From: Candidatus Nomurabacteria bacterium
GTDB lineage: Bacteria > Patescibacteriota > Minisyncoccia > Phycocordibacterales > UBA9973
Length of the DNA stretch: 64,000 bases
Direction: 5' to 3'
NCBI GenBank assembly: GCA_023267195.1
Contig: JAHFNT010000002.1
Span: 23,830 to 87,829, forward strand
Both the position numbers and the translations under genes were made by a program. The stretch's first letter is position 1. Each line of letters opens with the position of its first letter. Of the stretch, positions 32,356 through 42,451 are shown piece by piece. The notes below the pieces were generated by a model. It made no database searches and was not told where the DNA came from. It was given only the letters and a program-made list of their open reading frames with translations.

Positions 32356-33486
32356 CTATTTCTCGTGACTCAAAGCGATATCAACTATTTCTCTAGCGAT
32401 TTTATCTGAGGCGCCGGGTTTATTAAAAGTCTTAGTATTTTGCACCATTTGTTCATAACCTTGTTTGTCATTTAAAATTCTTTCGATTTCACCACTTAAG
32501 ATATTTGCTGTCATGTTTGCTTCTTCTATTACACTGCAGGCGCCAGTTCTAGCATAACTAAAGGCATTTTTCCTAGAGTGATCTCCGTTTGAATTAGTAA
32601 AAGGAATTAAAATTGAGGGCACCCCCCAGGAGGCTATCTCAAAAAGAGTTGATCCGGCACGAGACACAATAATGGAAGCTGCGCCGGCAGCCATTTTTAA
32701 GGCCAAGGGATTCAGATAAGGCATCGGCAGATATCTAGACTTACTTGGATTACCAGAGAGCACTACTTCTGCTTGCCCAGAAACAGTTTTAAAGTTTTTT
32801 ATTCCAGTCTGATGAATAATTTGATAATTGCTAACCAATCTCGGCAATGCATCTAAAATAGTGTTATTGATCAGTTCCGCTCCTTGTGAACCACCCAAAA
32901 TAAAAATGACAGGTAGTCCAGACTCCAACTTAAAATATGACTGCGCTTCGTTTCGCGAAGCCGGATTTTCTATTTCAATTCTTATGGGCTGACCTGTCCA
33001 GGCTACGACTTCCTCTGGGAAATATTCTGCCGCCTCAGGGAAAGATACCGCCACCTTTTTAGCAAAACGTCCCGCCCATTTATTGACTCTTCCGGGCACG
33101 GAATCCGATTCATGAATTATAATTGGAATGTTCAAGATCCTAGCGGCAAAAAGCGTCGGGAATGATGCATATCCCCCTTTACCAAACACCACATCCGGAT
33201 AAATAGAAAACATTTTAAAAATTGCATTAATAACACCAAAAAAAGTTTTAAAAATATCTGAAAAATTCTTTAAGGAGAAGTAAGTACGCATCTTGCCTGC
33301 TTTTATTTCTTCATATACTAGCCTATTTTCAACCAACACCTCTCTGTCGTAGGGGCCATCAGAAATATAATAGAGGCTGGCTCCGATGATGTGTTCTTGA
33401 TCTATTATTTGATTTACTTTTTCCGCAACGGCAATAATGGGATAAAAATGTCCTCCTGTCCCCCCGCCTGTAAAAACTATTTTCAT
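32356..33486 (-). CDS. murG: Lipid II GlcNAc transferase
   Basis: GGGTGGH, GGYAS, GGSQGA, SRAGS. Confidence 0.95.
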   Translation of the reverse strand: MKIVFTGGGTGGHFYPIIAVAEKVNQIIDQEHIIGASLYYISDGPYDREVLVENRLVYEEIKAGKMRTYFSLKNFSDIFKTFFGVINAIFKMFSIYPDVVFGKGGYASFPTLFAARILNIPIIIHESDSVPGRVNKWAGRFAKKVAVSFPEAAEYFPEEVVAWTGQPIRIEIENPASRNEAQSYFKLESGLPVIFILGGSQGAELINNTILDALPRLVSNYQIIHQTGIKNFKTVSGQAEVVLSGNPSKSRYLPMPYLNPLALKMAAGAASIIVSRAGSTLFEIASWGVPSILIPFTNSNGDHSRKNAFSYARTGACSVIEEANMTANILSGEIERILNDKQGYEQMVQNTKTFNKPGASDKIAREIVDIALSHEK

Positions 33487-34583
33487 AAATGTTTTTGAAA
33501 TTTAGATATATTAAGTACAATACCTATTGCTGCAAGATACACCATAAGCGAAGTTCCCCCTTGGCTCATAAAAACGAGCGGAACTCCCGTCAAAGGAAAC
33601 ACACCAGTCACAGAAGCGATGTGCATAAACGATTGAACTGTAATGAGTATAACAATTCCATAGACCAAAAGTCCACTAAAAGAATCTGGGGTGCGGTTAC
33701 CAATACGAAAACCACGCAAAATAAAAAGTATATAAAGGAATATTATTGCCACCGAACCGACAAAACCAAATTCTTCACCGAGAACAGCAAAAATAGAATC
33801 TCCTTGAGGTTCTGGAAGATAGCGAAACTTTTGCACACTTTGGCCGAATCCCCTGCCGAAAACACCGCCCGAACCTAAAGCAATGAGCGATTGCTGAATC
33901 TGATAAGAAGACCCTTGCGCATCTTGTGCTGGATTGATAAAAGTTTGCACTCGCTCTTGCAGATAAGGAGTAAAGTAAACTAGAGTCCCAAGTAAAATGG
34001 CTATCCCAATGCCCACGCCTAAAATATATCGAATGGGTGTCCCTGAAACAAACAACATCCCCACACCAGTGACAGTTATTAGGATGAAGCTTTTAGTGTC
34101 TGGCTGTTTGAACAAAATAAAAGCAATTATTGCCAGCATTATGCCAAACGGCAAAATTCCAAATCTAAAATCTTGCACCTTGTTTTTTGCCCAAGAAAGC
34201 CAAGCCGCAAAATAAATAACAAACCCAAATTTTAAAAATTCCACTGGTTGAAACGTAAAAGATCCTAGCTGTATCCATCTTTCCGCCCCCCCATGACTCC
34301 AACCTACGCCAGGTAAAAAAACTGCGGCCGTAATTAAAATTGAAGCCAAAAAAAGAACAAAAGAATAGTTGCGCCAAAATTTATAATTTATCTTCAGGCA
34401 CAAATACATGCACGCCAATCCCAATCCCAAGCCTAAGCCCAGCTGACTGCGTAAAACCGCATAAAAGGTTTGCTCATTCTTTGCTAACACTCCCAAGGAG
34501 GCTGAAACAAAAATAGCAATTCCTACTGCCAGTAGGAGAAAAATGATTATCAAAAAAAATCTGTCTACTTTTTTCTCGTGCAT
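33483..34583 (-). CDS. ftsW: SEDS peptidoglycan polymerase
   Basis: GA-x-RW, FQP-x-E, QPD, LPE..D.IF....EE.G, TG-x-PL-x-F-x-S-x-GG; lies between mraY and murG. Confidence 0.9.
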   Translation of the reverse strand: MHEKKVDRFFLIIIFLLLAVGIAIFVSASLGVLAKNEQTFYAVLRSQLGLGLGLGLACMYLCLKINYKFWRNYSFVLFLASILITAAVFLPGVGWSHGGAERWIQLGSFTFQPVEFLKFGFVIYFAAWLSWAKNKVQDFRFGILPFGIMLAIIAFILFKQPDTKSFILITVTGVGMLFVSGTPIRYILGVGIGIAILLGTLVYFTPYLQERVQTFINPAQDAQGSSYQIQQSLIALGSGGVFGRGFGQSVQKFRYLPEPQGDSIFAVLGEEFGFVGSVAIIFLYILFILRGFRIGNRTPDSFSGLLVYGIVILITVQSFMHIASVTGVFPLTGVPLVFMSQGGTSLMVYLAAIGIVLNISKFQKHL

Positions 34584-34596
34584 TGTTTTTCCTTTT

Positions 34597-35649
34597 TTAC
34601 CTGCTGATAATTGCTAAAATTATGCCAACTATTGAAAAAATTATAGAAAAAACCCAAAAACGCATCGTCACTTTGTAGGTGGACCAACCAATTGCTTCTA
34701 GGTGATGATGGAGCGGAGCCAGACGGAAAAGTCGTTTGCCATTTCTAAATTTTTTAGACAACATTTGCAATACCACAGATAAAGAGGTAACAACAAAAGG
34801 CATCGCCACTATTGGCAGGACTAAAACGGAATCGGTCAAAAAAGCTAAGGTTGCGAGAGTTATCGTGAGACCCATCATCCCAGATTCTCCCATATAAAAT
34901 CTGGCTGGAGGAATATTAAACCACAAAAAGGCTAGCGTCGCCCCAGCAATAACTCCAGAAAAAGCCGCTATATCTATTTGATCATTAGAGAGAGCAATAA
35001 TTGAATATGCTCCGAAAATTGAAGCGAGTACCCCGCCCGATAGGCCATCAATCCCGTCTATCACCCCGCCCGAGAAAGTTGAGAGCGCCACTATAATAAA
35101 AAATGGAATAATTAAAATACCTAAATAAATTTCTCCGCCGAATGGTATGTGTATTCCCGTCATCCCTAGTTTATAGAAAAACCAAAGACCAATCAAAAAA
35201 GAAACCCCGACAACCAAAAGAGCTTTCCAGGCGCGCCAAGAGTTGTCGTCATGAGCGAATTTTCCACTGCCGTAAATTTGAATTAAATCATCAGAGAGAC
35301 CGATAAGCGAACCAAAGAGAAGCGTAAAGAATGGTATCAAGGTTTGATTCCGGCTTAAAAAATTCATTTTTTCGGTAGTTTCTGCGGGGAACCAAAGTGA
35401 TGCTAAATAAAAAATGAGAGTCGTTAGCAAGACCGATACCCAGATAATTATTCCACCCACCCGTGGCGTTTTCAGTTCTTCTTCTTCGTTGTGAATTTTT
35501 TTAAAATCTTCAATCTTATCTCCGTTTCTCGAATACTTTTTCCACATTTTGTATTTGTAGAAAAAATGAGTAGCTATGGGCGTCAAAAAAAGAGCTAAAA
35601 AGAAAGCCGCAGCTGTAGGAATTGAAATTTTAACTAAATTTAAAAGCAT
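34597..35649 (-). CDS. mraY: Phospho-MurNAc-pentapeptide transferase
   Basis: TPRVGG, DD, DGIDGL, FN..PA.FYMGE.G, APLHHH. Confidence 0.93.
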   Translation of the reverse strand: MLLNLVKISIPTAAAFFLALFLTPIATHFFYKYKMWKKYSRNGDKIEDFKKIHNEEEELKTPRVGGIIIWVSVLLTTLIFYLASLWFPAETTEKMNFLSRNQTLIPFFTLLFGSLIGLSDDLIQIYGSGKFAHDDNSWRAWKALLVVGVSFLIGLWFFYKLGMTGIHIPFGGEIYLGILIIPFFIIVALSTFSGGVIDGIDGLSGGVLASIFGAYSIIALSNDQIDIAAFSGVIAGATLAFLWFNIPPARFYMGESGMMGLTITLATLAFLTDSVLVLPIVAMPFVVTSLSVVLQMLSKKFRNGKRLFRLAPLHHHLEAIGWSTYKVTMRFWVFSIIFSIVGIILAIISR

Positions 35650-35664
35650 ATTGTAATTATAGCA

Positions 35665-37407
35665 TTAATAAACTTCAGCCTGATAACATTTTTCACAGTA
35701 AATAATCTCTGGCCGCTCGGGCGCGTAGCTTGTCTCAAATTCCACCTCACACTTCCCTTCCCCATGGAAATGTTCTATGGTCGCTTGTGGTGAGCCTGCC
35801 GAACCACACATGCATGTCCTGTGCCAGAGCTTGAAAGGATTGCGGCGCTTGAGCCTAGCAGCGTGACGACAATAAAAACATCGCCTTGGAATTGGTATTT
35901 TCATTTTTCGGTAAAATATCAGTTCGTTTGGAATAATCTTGTAGTTGCGTTTGCATTCAATACACACAAGAACTTCTTCCAGAATCGAATCGGAAACATC
36001 ATAGATGCTCTCAGGAACCTGCTCGGGTTTTAATGTTTCTTTCCCAGTTGTGCGTTGAATATTATCTTGCCATTCATAGTTTTTGTTCAACGCTTCTCCT
36101 TTTGTAAGTGGAACTAATTCAGGAGCGTTTGTCTCATTGTAACCAAAATACGAAAGTTCAATCGGATAATATTCTCCATACTTATAAACATTCCCCATTT
36201 TGTCTACGTAAGGCGTTTTATTCATTTGCTCAATAATTTTCGGCACAAGTTCCTCATATTCCTCTTTCATATATTGTTTATTGAAAATGCAATACTTCGC
36301 GTTTCGAAGTCCCACACAGCCGAAGCAATATTTACAATTATGACAATGCTGCGTGTATCTTATATCCTGGCTTTTCACAGAAAAAAGTCCAAATAAATTA
36401 AGCTGTGAATGATCCATCACTGTCCCCTCATAACATTCTTGCGACTCCCCCGTAAGAGTAATGTCAGAACAGTCTTTGTCATCAGTAAATAAGTCGGAGT
36501 ACCTTACATTTTCAGATTTTTTGCCTGTAAAACATTTTTTCAGATTTTTTGACATGGAAATAATGTCCCCAGTACAATTTAGGCTTTGAAAATTCTGAAC
36601 ATCCCGCCTAGGATATCCTAAGAGAAATTCATCAAATTCCTTTTTTGCTTTTTCTACACCAGAAAATGTATCGAGTTCATAGCTTTTTAAAATTTTCTCA
36701 TATTCTTCTTTCGCATACTGTGTGTTTTTAAAATGATATTTTTTACCACGGAGCCCTGCACACATAAAACAATCAGAACAATCTCGACAATCATAAAGGA
36801 ACGACGAATCAATGCAAGCAAGACAAATTTCAGAATGTTTTACTTGGTATGAGCGGCTAACCATTATGCATTCATAGAGCCATTCACTTGGAGATCTTAT
36901 TACCATGCAGTCTAAAAAATTTTTGCCTGCTAATACAAAAAAACTATACATTACATTTTCAACATGCCAACCGGAAAAATTCATATAGCAATTTTTTGAG
37001 AACCACCAATCTTGATTGTATTCACAGTTTAAGCTAGCAATACCATCATCGTTTACGATGGACATATGCGGAACTTTTTGCACCAGTTCACGAAATTGAG
37101 CAAAAAATGGTTTTGAAAAATCATAGTCAATTCCATAATCTTTTGCATCCCACTTATCGCTCCACCAGCATTTGTTACAGTAGACAGTCAAACCTGAATC
37201 AGGAGAATATAATGAGACAACTCCCTTGCCACACATATCGCACTTACGATTATAGAGAGACATGTTGTTCCTCCACGCCCAACGTCTTTGTCTCCTACAA
37301 TCAGGGCAAAAAGTCGGTGGCGGAACTTTGATCTTTTCATAAAAGCCAAAATCGTCCGGTTCGATGGTGAAATTTTGCTTGCAATTTTGGCATATTTTAG
37401 TTTCCAT
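35665..37407 (-). CDS. Cys-rich multi-zinc-ribbon protein, paralog 3
   Basis: Same family; carries an in-frame 24-bp hairpin element near the C-terminus. Confidence 0.9.
   Translation of the reverse strand: METKICQNCKQNFTIEPDDFGFYEKIKVPPPTFCPDCRRQRRWAWRNNMSLYNRKCDMCGKGVVSLYSPDSGLTVYCNKCWWSDKWDAKDYGIDYDFSKPFFAQFRELVQKVPHMSIVNDDGIASLNCEYNQDWWFSKNCYMNFSGWHVENVMYSFFVLAGKNFLDCMVIRSPSEWLYECIMVSRSYQVKHSEICLACIDSSFLYDCRDCSDCFMCAGLRGKKYHFKNTQYAKEEYEKILKSYELDTFSGVEKAKKEFDEFLLGYPRRDVQNFQSLNCTGDIISMSKNLKKCFTGKKSENVRYSDLFTDDKDCSDITLTGESQECYEGTVMDHSQLNLFGLFSVKSQDIRYTQHCHNCKYCFGCVGLRNAKYCIFNKQYMKEEYEELVPKIIEQMNKTPYVDKMGNVYKYGEYYPIELSYFGYNETNAPELVPLTKGEALNKNYEWQDNIQRTTGKETLKPEQVPESIYDVSDSILEEVLVCIECKRNYKIIPNELIFYRKMKIPIPRRCFYCRHAARLKRRNPFKLWHRTCMCGSAGSPQATIEHFHGEGKCEVEFETSYAPERPEIIYCEKCYQAEVY
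35784..35807 (-). repeat. 24-bp in-frame element GTGGTTCGGCAGGCTCACCACAAG
   Basis: Stem-TTCGRC..GCTCA-stem-CARG, same layout as 50707-50730; encodes GSAGSPQA, which the other paralogs lack. Confidence 0.7.
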
Positions 37408-37447
37408 TATCACTATAATATACGACTTTTTTGATTAAAATGCATCT

Positions 37448-38269
37448 GTGTGTTATTGTTTTCAAGTGATTAAATTAGACTTAAAATATAAAGTCCTCCT
37501 GTGTATTTTCATTATTTTACTGCTATTAACTGGCATATTTTTGCTGATGAATTTAGAAACGGAAAGAGAAAAGGAAATTATTTACCAGCAGATTTTGGAA
37601 AAACAGCAGGCCTTGAAGAAGGCCTGGGAAGCGGAAGAAAAAAATTATCTGATGGGTAAATTTGATCCTAGCGCGAGAGGAGACTTCGTTCCTGTACCTG
37701 AAGAATATAATGTGAGCGGATATAAAACATATTTACGGAAAGAAACTTTGGAGGCATTTTTGAAAATGCGGGAAGCCGCAAGTTTAAGTGGAGTAGAACT
37801 TAATATTGCTTCCGCTACTAGAAATTTTAATTATCAAAAGAAACTTTGGAACGATAAGTGGTCAATAAAAGACAACTTTGATGGTTTAGAAAAATTCAAA
37901 GAAATATTAGAGTGGAGTGCTGCTCCCGGAACCTCGCGCCACCACTTCGGCACCGACATAGATATCAACAATGTAAACCCGCCGTACTTTGACTCGCAGA
38001 AGGGTGAGAAGGAATATAATTGGTTGGTAACCAATGCCAGCCAGTTTGGTTTTTGCCAGACCTATAATTTAAAAGGAAACAATAGGCCAACGGGATACAA
38101 TGAAGAAAAGTGGCATTGGTCTTACTTGCCCCTCGCTAGAAATTTTACACAAGAATATAAAGATTTAATTACAGAAGAAGACATTAAGGGATTTTTGGGC
38201 GACGAATACGTTGCTGGACAAAATTTAATCAACAACTATGTCCTTAGTATTAATTCTGAATGTCTTTAG
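37448..38269 (+). CDS. M15B D-Ala-D-Ala carboxypeptidase (VanY-like)
   Basis: N-terminal TM, SATR, SRHHFGTDID, EEKWH. Confidence 0.88.
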   Translation: MCYCFQVIKLDLKYKVLLCIFIILLLLTGIFLLMNLETEREKEIIYQQILEKQQALKKAWEAEEKNYLMGKFDPSARGDFVPVPEEYNVSGYKTYLRKETLEAFLKMREAASLSGVELNIASATRNFNYQKKLWNDKWSIKDNFDGLEKFKEILEWSAAPGTSRHHFGTDIDINNVNPPYFDSQKGEKEYNWLVTNASQFGFCQTYNLKGNNRPTGYNEEKWHWSYLPLARNFTQEYKDLITEEDIKGFLGDEYVAGQNLINNYVLSINSECL

Positions 38270-38804
38270 CCTCTTCCTCTAAATTCTTCGCCGCAATTTC
38301 CACAGAATTATTTATTTCTGAGTATTCTGGCAACTCTTCTACTGATTTCACCCCCATGAAAGATAGTAATTCAAAACTAGGTTTGTATATAAAACGTCGG
38401 CTGTCTTTCGGGTCTGTGGTTTTTTCTACTAACCCGCGGATAGAAAGCGCGCGCAAAGTAAAACTAGAATTTACCCCCCTGATATAATCTATTTCAGAAC
38501 GGCTAGCGCCATTTTTGTAAAGAATAATAGACAAAGTTTCAAGGCTTGCCTTGGAAAGATCTCTGTTTAATTCTTCTTTTTGTAAATCCTCAATTAACTT
38601 GCTCAATTCCGGGGCAGTGCCAAGCATAATTTCATTATCGTTTTCTAAAAGCACAATTCCTCTTTCCTTCAAGCTTTCTTTCAACTGTTCAATCCCTTCG
38701 TTTACTTCAATCTCCCCTACTTTTAAAATCTGCGAAACTCTCTTCCGAGAAATTGGCTCGCCCTTAAAGAAAAGTATTGCTTCTATTTTTTTTGCTAGTT
38801 CCAT
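38250..38804 (-). CDS. scpB: SMC-ScpAB subunit B
   Basis: IEAILF, LSKASLETLSIILY, IDYIRGVNS. Confidence 0.92.
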   Translation of the reverse strand: MELAKKIEAILFFKGEPISRKRVSQILKVGEIEVNEGIEQLKESLKERGIVLLENDNEIMLGTAPELSKLIEDLQKEELNRDLSKASLETLSIILYKNGASRSEIDYIRGVNSSFTLRALSIRGLVEKTTDPKDSRRFIYKPSFELLSFMGVKSVEELPEYSEINNSVEIAAKNLEEEAKDIQN

Positions 38805-38836
38805 AATTCTTAATTCGTAATTTCTAATTCGTAATT
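38802..38836. repeat. Five tandem heptamers NNTAATT across the scpA/scpB junction
   Basis: CATAATT CTTAATT CGTAATT TCTAATT CGTAATT. Confidence 0.75.
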
Positions 38837-39565
38837 TTCTTCAATCTTCTCAAGCACAATATCTTCTGATCCCTCTCTCTGCATTGCATTTATAATCCCC
38901 TGCCGGACAAGCTCAAGCATCGCGAGAAAACCCACTATCACTTCCACTTTCTCTTCGCGCGTGACCACTCTGCCACTATGTCCATGTAAATCTTTGAAAT
39001 TCATTTTTAGCGTCTGCTTGATTCTGTCCGAAAGTTTGTCTATCATCTCTTCAATGCTTATCACTTTCCTCACTTCTACTTCTGGCAAAAATATTTTCTT
39101 GGGAATAGCGTCTAGCACCTCGCGGGCAAAAGTCATCATAGATTCCTTGGTAATCTGCTTATCCGGCAAAAATATTAGAATATCATTCTTTCGCTCCAGG
39201 GGAGCAAAGATTATTCTCCTGCCAAAATTACTTTTTAGATTACCACCAAGCCTGGTAAAGAGCTCATACAAACGAAGCCTTTCTTCTAATTTACGGATAT
39301 CGCCCTCTTCCTCTTTGGTCAAATCAAGATTTGGCAAAAGCGATTTTGATTTGATCAGGAGCAGAGTGGAAGCGACTAGCACAAAGCTTGAAATTTCTGC
39401 CGGTGGCAATCCCCCCAATCTGCCTACGTAACCTAAATAATCTTCGGTCACTTGCGCCAGCGAGACGTCGTTGATAAAAAGCTTTCTTTTTTCTATAAGA
39501 TCAAGCAAAAGCCCAAAAGGGCCTTCAAATCCAGCTATTTTAAGCTTATATGTTTCGCTTTCCAC
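38810..39565 (-). CDS. scpA: SMC-ScpAB kleisin subunit A
   Basis: FEGPFGLLLDLI, IKSKSLLP, FLAMLELV. Confidence 0.92.
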   Translation of the reverse strand: MESETYKLKIAGFEGPFGLLLDLIEKRKLFINDVSLAQVTEDYLGYVGRLGGLPPAEISSFVLVASTLLLIKSKSLLPNLDLTKEEEGDIRKLEERLRLYELFTRLGGNLKSNFGRRIIFAPLERKNDILIFLPDKQITKESMMTFAREVLDAIPKKIFLPEVEVRKVISIEEMIDKLSDRIKQTLKMNFKDLHGHSGRVVTREEKVEVIVGFLAMLELVRQGIINAMQREGSEDIVLEKIEENYELEITN

Positions 39566-39587
39566 CCTTATATGCTAACATTTCTGC

Positions 39588-42080
39588 ATGAAACTTAAAA
39601 GCGTCCGACTTTCCCCAAATATCATTCCAACAAACTACCACCTTGAGCTAAAACCAGATCTGGAAAATTTCACTTTTTCCGGCATGGAAACAATTCATCT
39701 TAGTATTTTGCAAAAAACTAGAATAATAACTCTGCATGCCAAAGAAATTGAAATTGATACGGTAGACGTATTGGTCGGGGCAGAAAAAGTTTTCGGTAAA
39801 ATTTCTTACAATAAAAAAAATGAAACAGTCTCTTTTACCTTTCCTAAATTTATTGAAGCTGGACAAGTAAAATTAAACTTAGTTTTCCGGGGAATTTTAA
39901 ACGATAAGATGCGGGGGTTTTATCGCAGTAAATATTTTGTTGACGGAAAAGAATGCCATCTGGCTACTACCCAATTTGAAGCGACGGATGCGCGCAGGGC
40001 TTTCCCCTCTTTTGATGAACCAGCCCAAAAAGCGGTATTTCACATTTCTCTCGTTGTGCCAAAGGGCAAAACTGCGATTTCGAACACCTTACCTATTTCT
40101 GTTCTGGAACATGAATCAGGGTACGAGATAATAAAATTCTTGCCAACTCCTAAAATGTCCACTTATCTTCTTGCTTTTATTATTGGAGATTTTGAATACC
40201 TTGAAGCAAAAACAAAAAATAAAACATTGGTGCGTGTCTTCACCACTCCTGGCAAAAAACATCAAGCCAAATTTGCACTTGAATGTGCGGTGAGAACACT
40301 AGAATTTTATGAAAAATATTTTGCTATTAAATATCCTCTACCGGTTTTAGACATGATCGCTATTCCTGACTTTGCCTCCGGCGCGATGGAGAACTGGGGG
40401 GCTATCACTTATCGCGAAAGCACAATTTTAGTGGATGAAGATCATTCCTCAACTTCCAACAAGCAATGGGTGGCCCTCGTCATCGCGCATGAACTAGCGC
40501 ATCAATGGTTTGGGAATTTAGTGACGATGGAATGGTGGACGCATTTATGGTTAAACGAGGGTTTTGCTTCATATATTGAATATTTAGCAGTTGACAAACT
40601 TTTCCCAAAATGGGATATCTGGACACAATTTGCCACGAATGATCTAGGTGTAGCGCTCAGGCTTGACGCGCTAAAAAATACACACTCGATTGAGGTGGAA
40701 GTGCATCATCCAGACGAAATTGGGGAAATTTTTGATGAAGTTTCTTATTCCAAAGGCGCTTCAATCATCCGCATGCTAGCGAATTATTTGGGGGAAGAAA
40801 ATTTCCGCGATGGTTTACGTCATTATTTAAAAAAGCATAGCTATAAAAATACTGAAACTTTGGATCTTTGGAAAGCATTTGAGAAAGTTTCCGGTAGATC
40901 TGTGACCACTCTGATGCATAACTGGACAAGTAAGCCTGGATACCCTGTTGTGAAAGCAAAAATGATCAATGATGAATTGGCTTTATCGCAAGAAAGATTT
41001 TTTGCTAATCCCAAATCGAAACTCGTCAATAAAGAAAAAACTGTCTGGCAAATTCCCGTATCAATTATGGAAAATGAATATACAAAAGTAAATTTTGGCG
41101 AAACGGGATTTTATCGAACTGCTTATAGTAAAGATCTTCTAGAGAAACTTGAAAAACCAGTACAAAATAAAACACTGAACCCCAGAGACAGACTAGGACT
41201 TATCCGCGACCTTTTTGCCTTAGCTGAAGCTGGAACAATACCGACTATTGATGCTTTAAAATTCTTAAAAGCTTATAAAGAAGAAAATAATTACACTGTT
41301 TGGGTTGAGCTAGCCGCTGGGCTCGCTAGGTTAGAACAGCTTCTTGCTAAAACTCCTGCAAAAGTAAATTTAAATAAACTTATTCTAAATTTATTCTCCC
41401 CTCTTGCGCAGCGTCTTGGTTGGAATAAAAAAGAGGGAGAACATCATACCACTACCCTCCTCCGATCACTAACAATTTCTCGCGCTGGACGAGCTGGTGA
41501 TCAGAAAATAATTACCGAAGCAAAAAATAAATTTCGGGAAATACAAAAAGGCTTACACGTATCACCAGACATCCGCAGCGCTATATATTCTATCATTGCC
41601 ACACATGGAGGTAAAAAAGATTATGAAATGCTAATCAAAAAATATAAAGAAGAAACTTTGCATGAAGAAAAGAATAGAATTGGAAATGTGCTCGGGGATT
41701 TCAAGGATCCAAAAATCCTAGAAAAAGCGTGCAAATTTGCGATGTCCAAAGATGTCCGCATCCAAGACACTATCGGCATTCTTTCGGGCGTCGGAGCAAG
41801 CCCGCTAGGCCGAGACATTTGGTGGAATTTTATTAAGAGAAATTGGCAGACACTCGTTTCACGTTATGGCGAAGGCGGGCTCACCCTCGCGCGCGCAATC
41901 AAAGCCATTAGTGGAAGTGCAGAAAAGAAACATTTAAAATCTTTTAAGCAATTTTTCGCTACGCATACCGCTCCTGGCGCCAAACGCACCATCGAGCAAG
42001 TAATAGAGCGCATTGAAGGCAATATTCTATGGCTCAAGAGAGATAAGAAGGTTATAGAAAATTTTTTGAATAATACCTAA
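39588..42080 (+). CDS. M1 family aminopeptidase (puromycin-sensitive/PepN-like)
   Basis: TQFE, GAMENWG, HELAH-x18-E, YSKG; ERAP1-like C-terminal domain. Confidence 0.95.
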   Translation: MKLKSVRLSPNIIPTNYHLELKPDLENFTFSGMETIHLSILQKTRIITLHAKEIEIDTVDVLVGAEKVFGKISYNKKNETVSFTFPKFIEAGQVKLNLVFRGILNDKMRGFYRSKYFVDGKECHLATTQFEATDARRAFPSFDEPAQKAVFHISLVVPKGKTAISNTLPISVLEHESGYEIIKFLPTPKMSTYLLAFIIGDFEYLEAKTKNKTLVRVFTTPGKKHQAKFALECAVRTLEFYEKYFAIKYPLPVLDMIAIPDFASGAMENWGAITYRESTILVDEDHSSTSNKQWVALVIAHELAHQWFGNLVTMEWWTHLWLNEGFASYIEYLAVDKLFPKWDIWTQFATNDLGVALRLDALKNTHSIEVEVHHPDEIGEIFDEVSYSKGASIIRMLANYLGEENFRDGLRHYLKKHSYKNTETLDLWKAFEKVSGRSVTTLMHNWTSKPGYPVVKAKMINDELALSQERFFANPKSKLVNKEKTVWQIPVSIMENEYTKVNFGETGFYRTAYSKDLLEKLEKPVQNKTLNPRDRLGLIRDLFALAEAGTIPTIDALKFLKAYKEENNYTVWVELAAGLARLEQLLAKTPAKVNLNKLILNLFSPLAQRLGWNKKEGEHHTTTLLRSLTISRAGRAGDQKIITEAKNKFREIQKGLHVSPDIRSAIYSIIATHGGKKDYEMLIKKYKEETLHEEKNRIGNVLGDFKDPKILEKACKFAMSKDVRIQDTIGILSGVGASPLGRDIWWNFIKRNWQTLVSRYGEGGLTLARAIKAISGSAEKKHLKSFKQFFATHTAPGAKRTIEQVIERIEGNILWLKRDKKVIENFLNNT

Positions 42081-42082
42081 AT

Positions 42083-42451
42083 TTATTTTGATTTACTTGC
42101 ATCAATTTTCGCCGCCAGGATAAAATCATTTTCGGAAAGACCGTCGATCGCGTGTGTCGAGAGTTCTAGGAGAACTTTGTTGTAATGAATCTGAATATCT
42201 GGATGATGACCTTCCGCTTCGGCGATTTCAGCGACGTTGTTTATGAAGTTTATCGCACCGATAAAGTCTTTGAATTTAAATTCTTTGGCTATAGTCGCAC
42301 CGAGCCCAGATTCTTGCACTTTTGGTCGTTCATCTTCTGTAAGTTGCCAATCTGGCACCTGTTCCATTAATTTTAAAATCTCCACATGAGAAAGAGGCTT
42401 GGCTCCCCCTTCGCATGGCACACATTTTTTCTCTAATAGATTATTGGACAT
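42083..42451 (-). CDS. Pterin-4a-carbinolamine dehydratase
   Basis: CVPCEG, F.FKDF, AE..GHHPD, TH...GLSENDFILAAKID. Confidence 0.92.
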   Translation of the reverse strand: MSNNLLEKKCVPCEGGAKPLSHVEILKLMEQVPDWQLTEDERPKVQESGLGATIAKEFKFKDFIGAINFINNVAEIAEAEGHHPDIQIHYNKVLLELSTHAIDGLSENDFILAAKIDASKSK

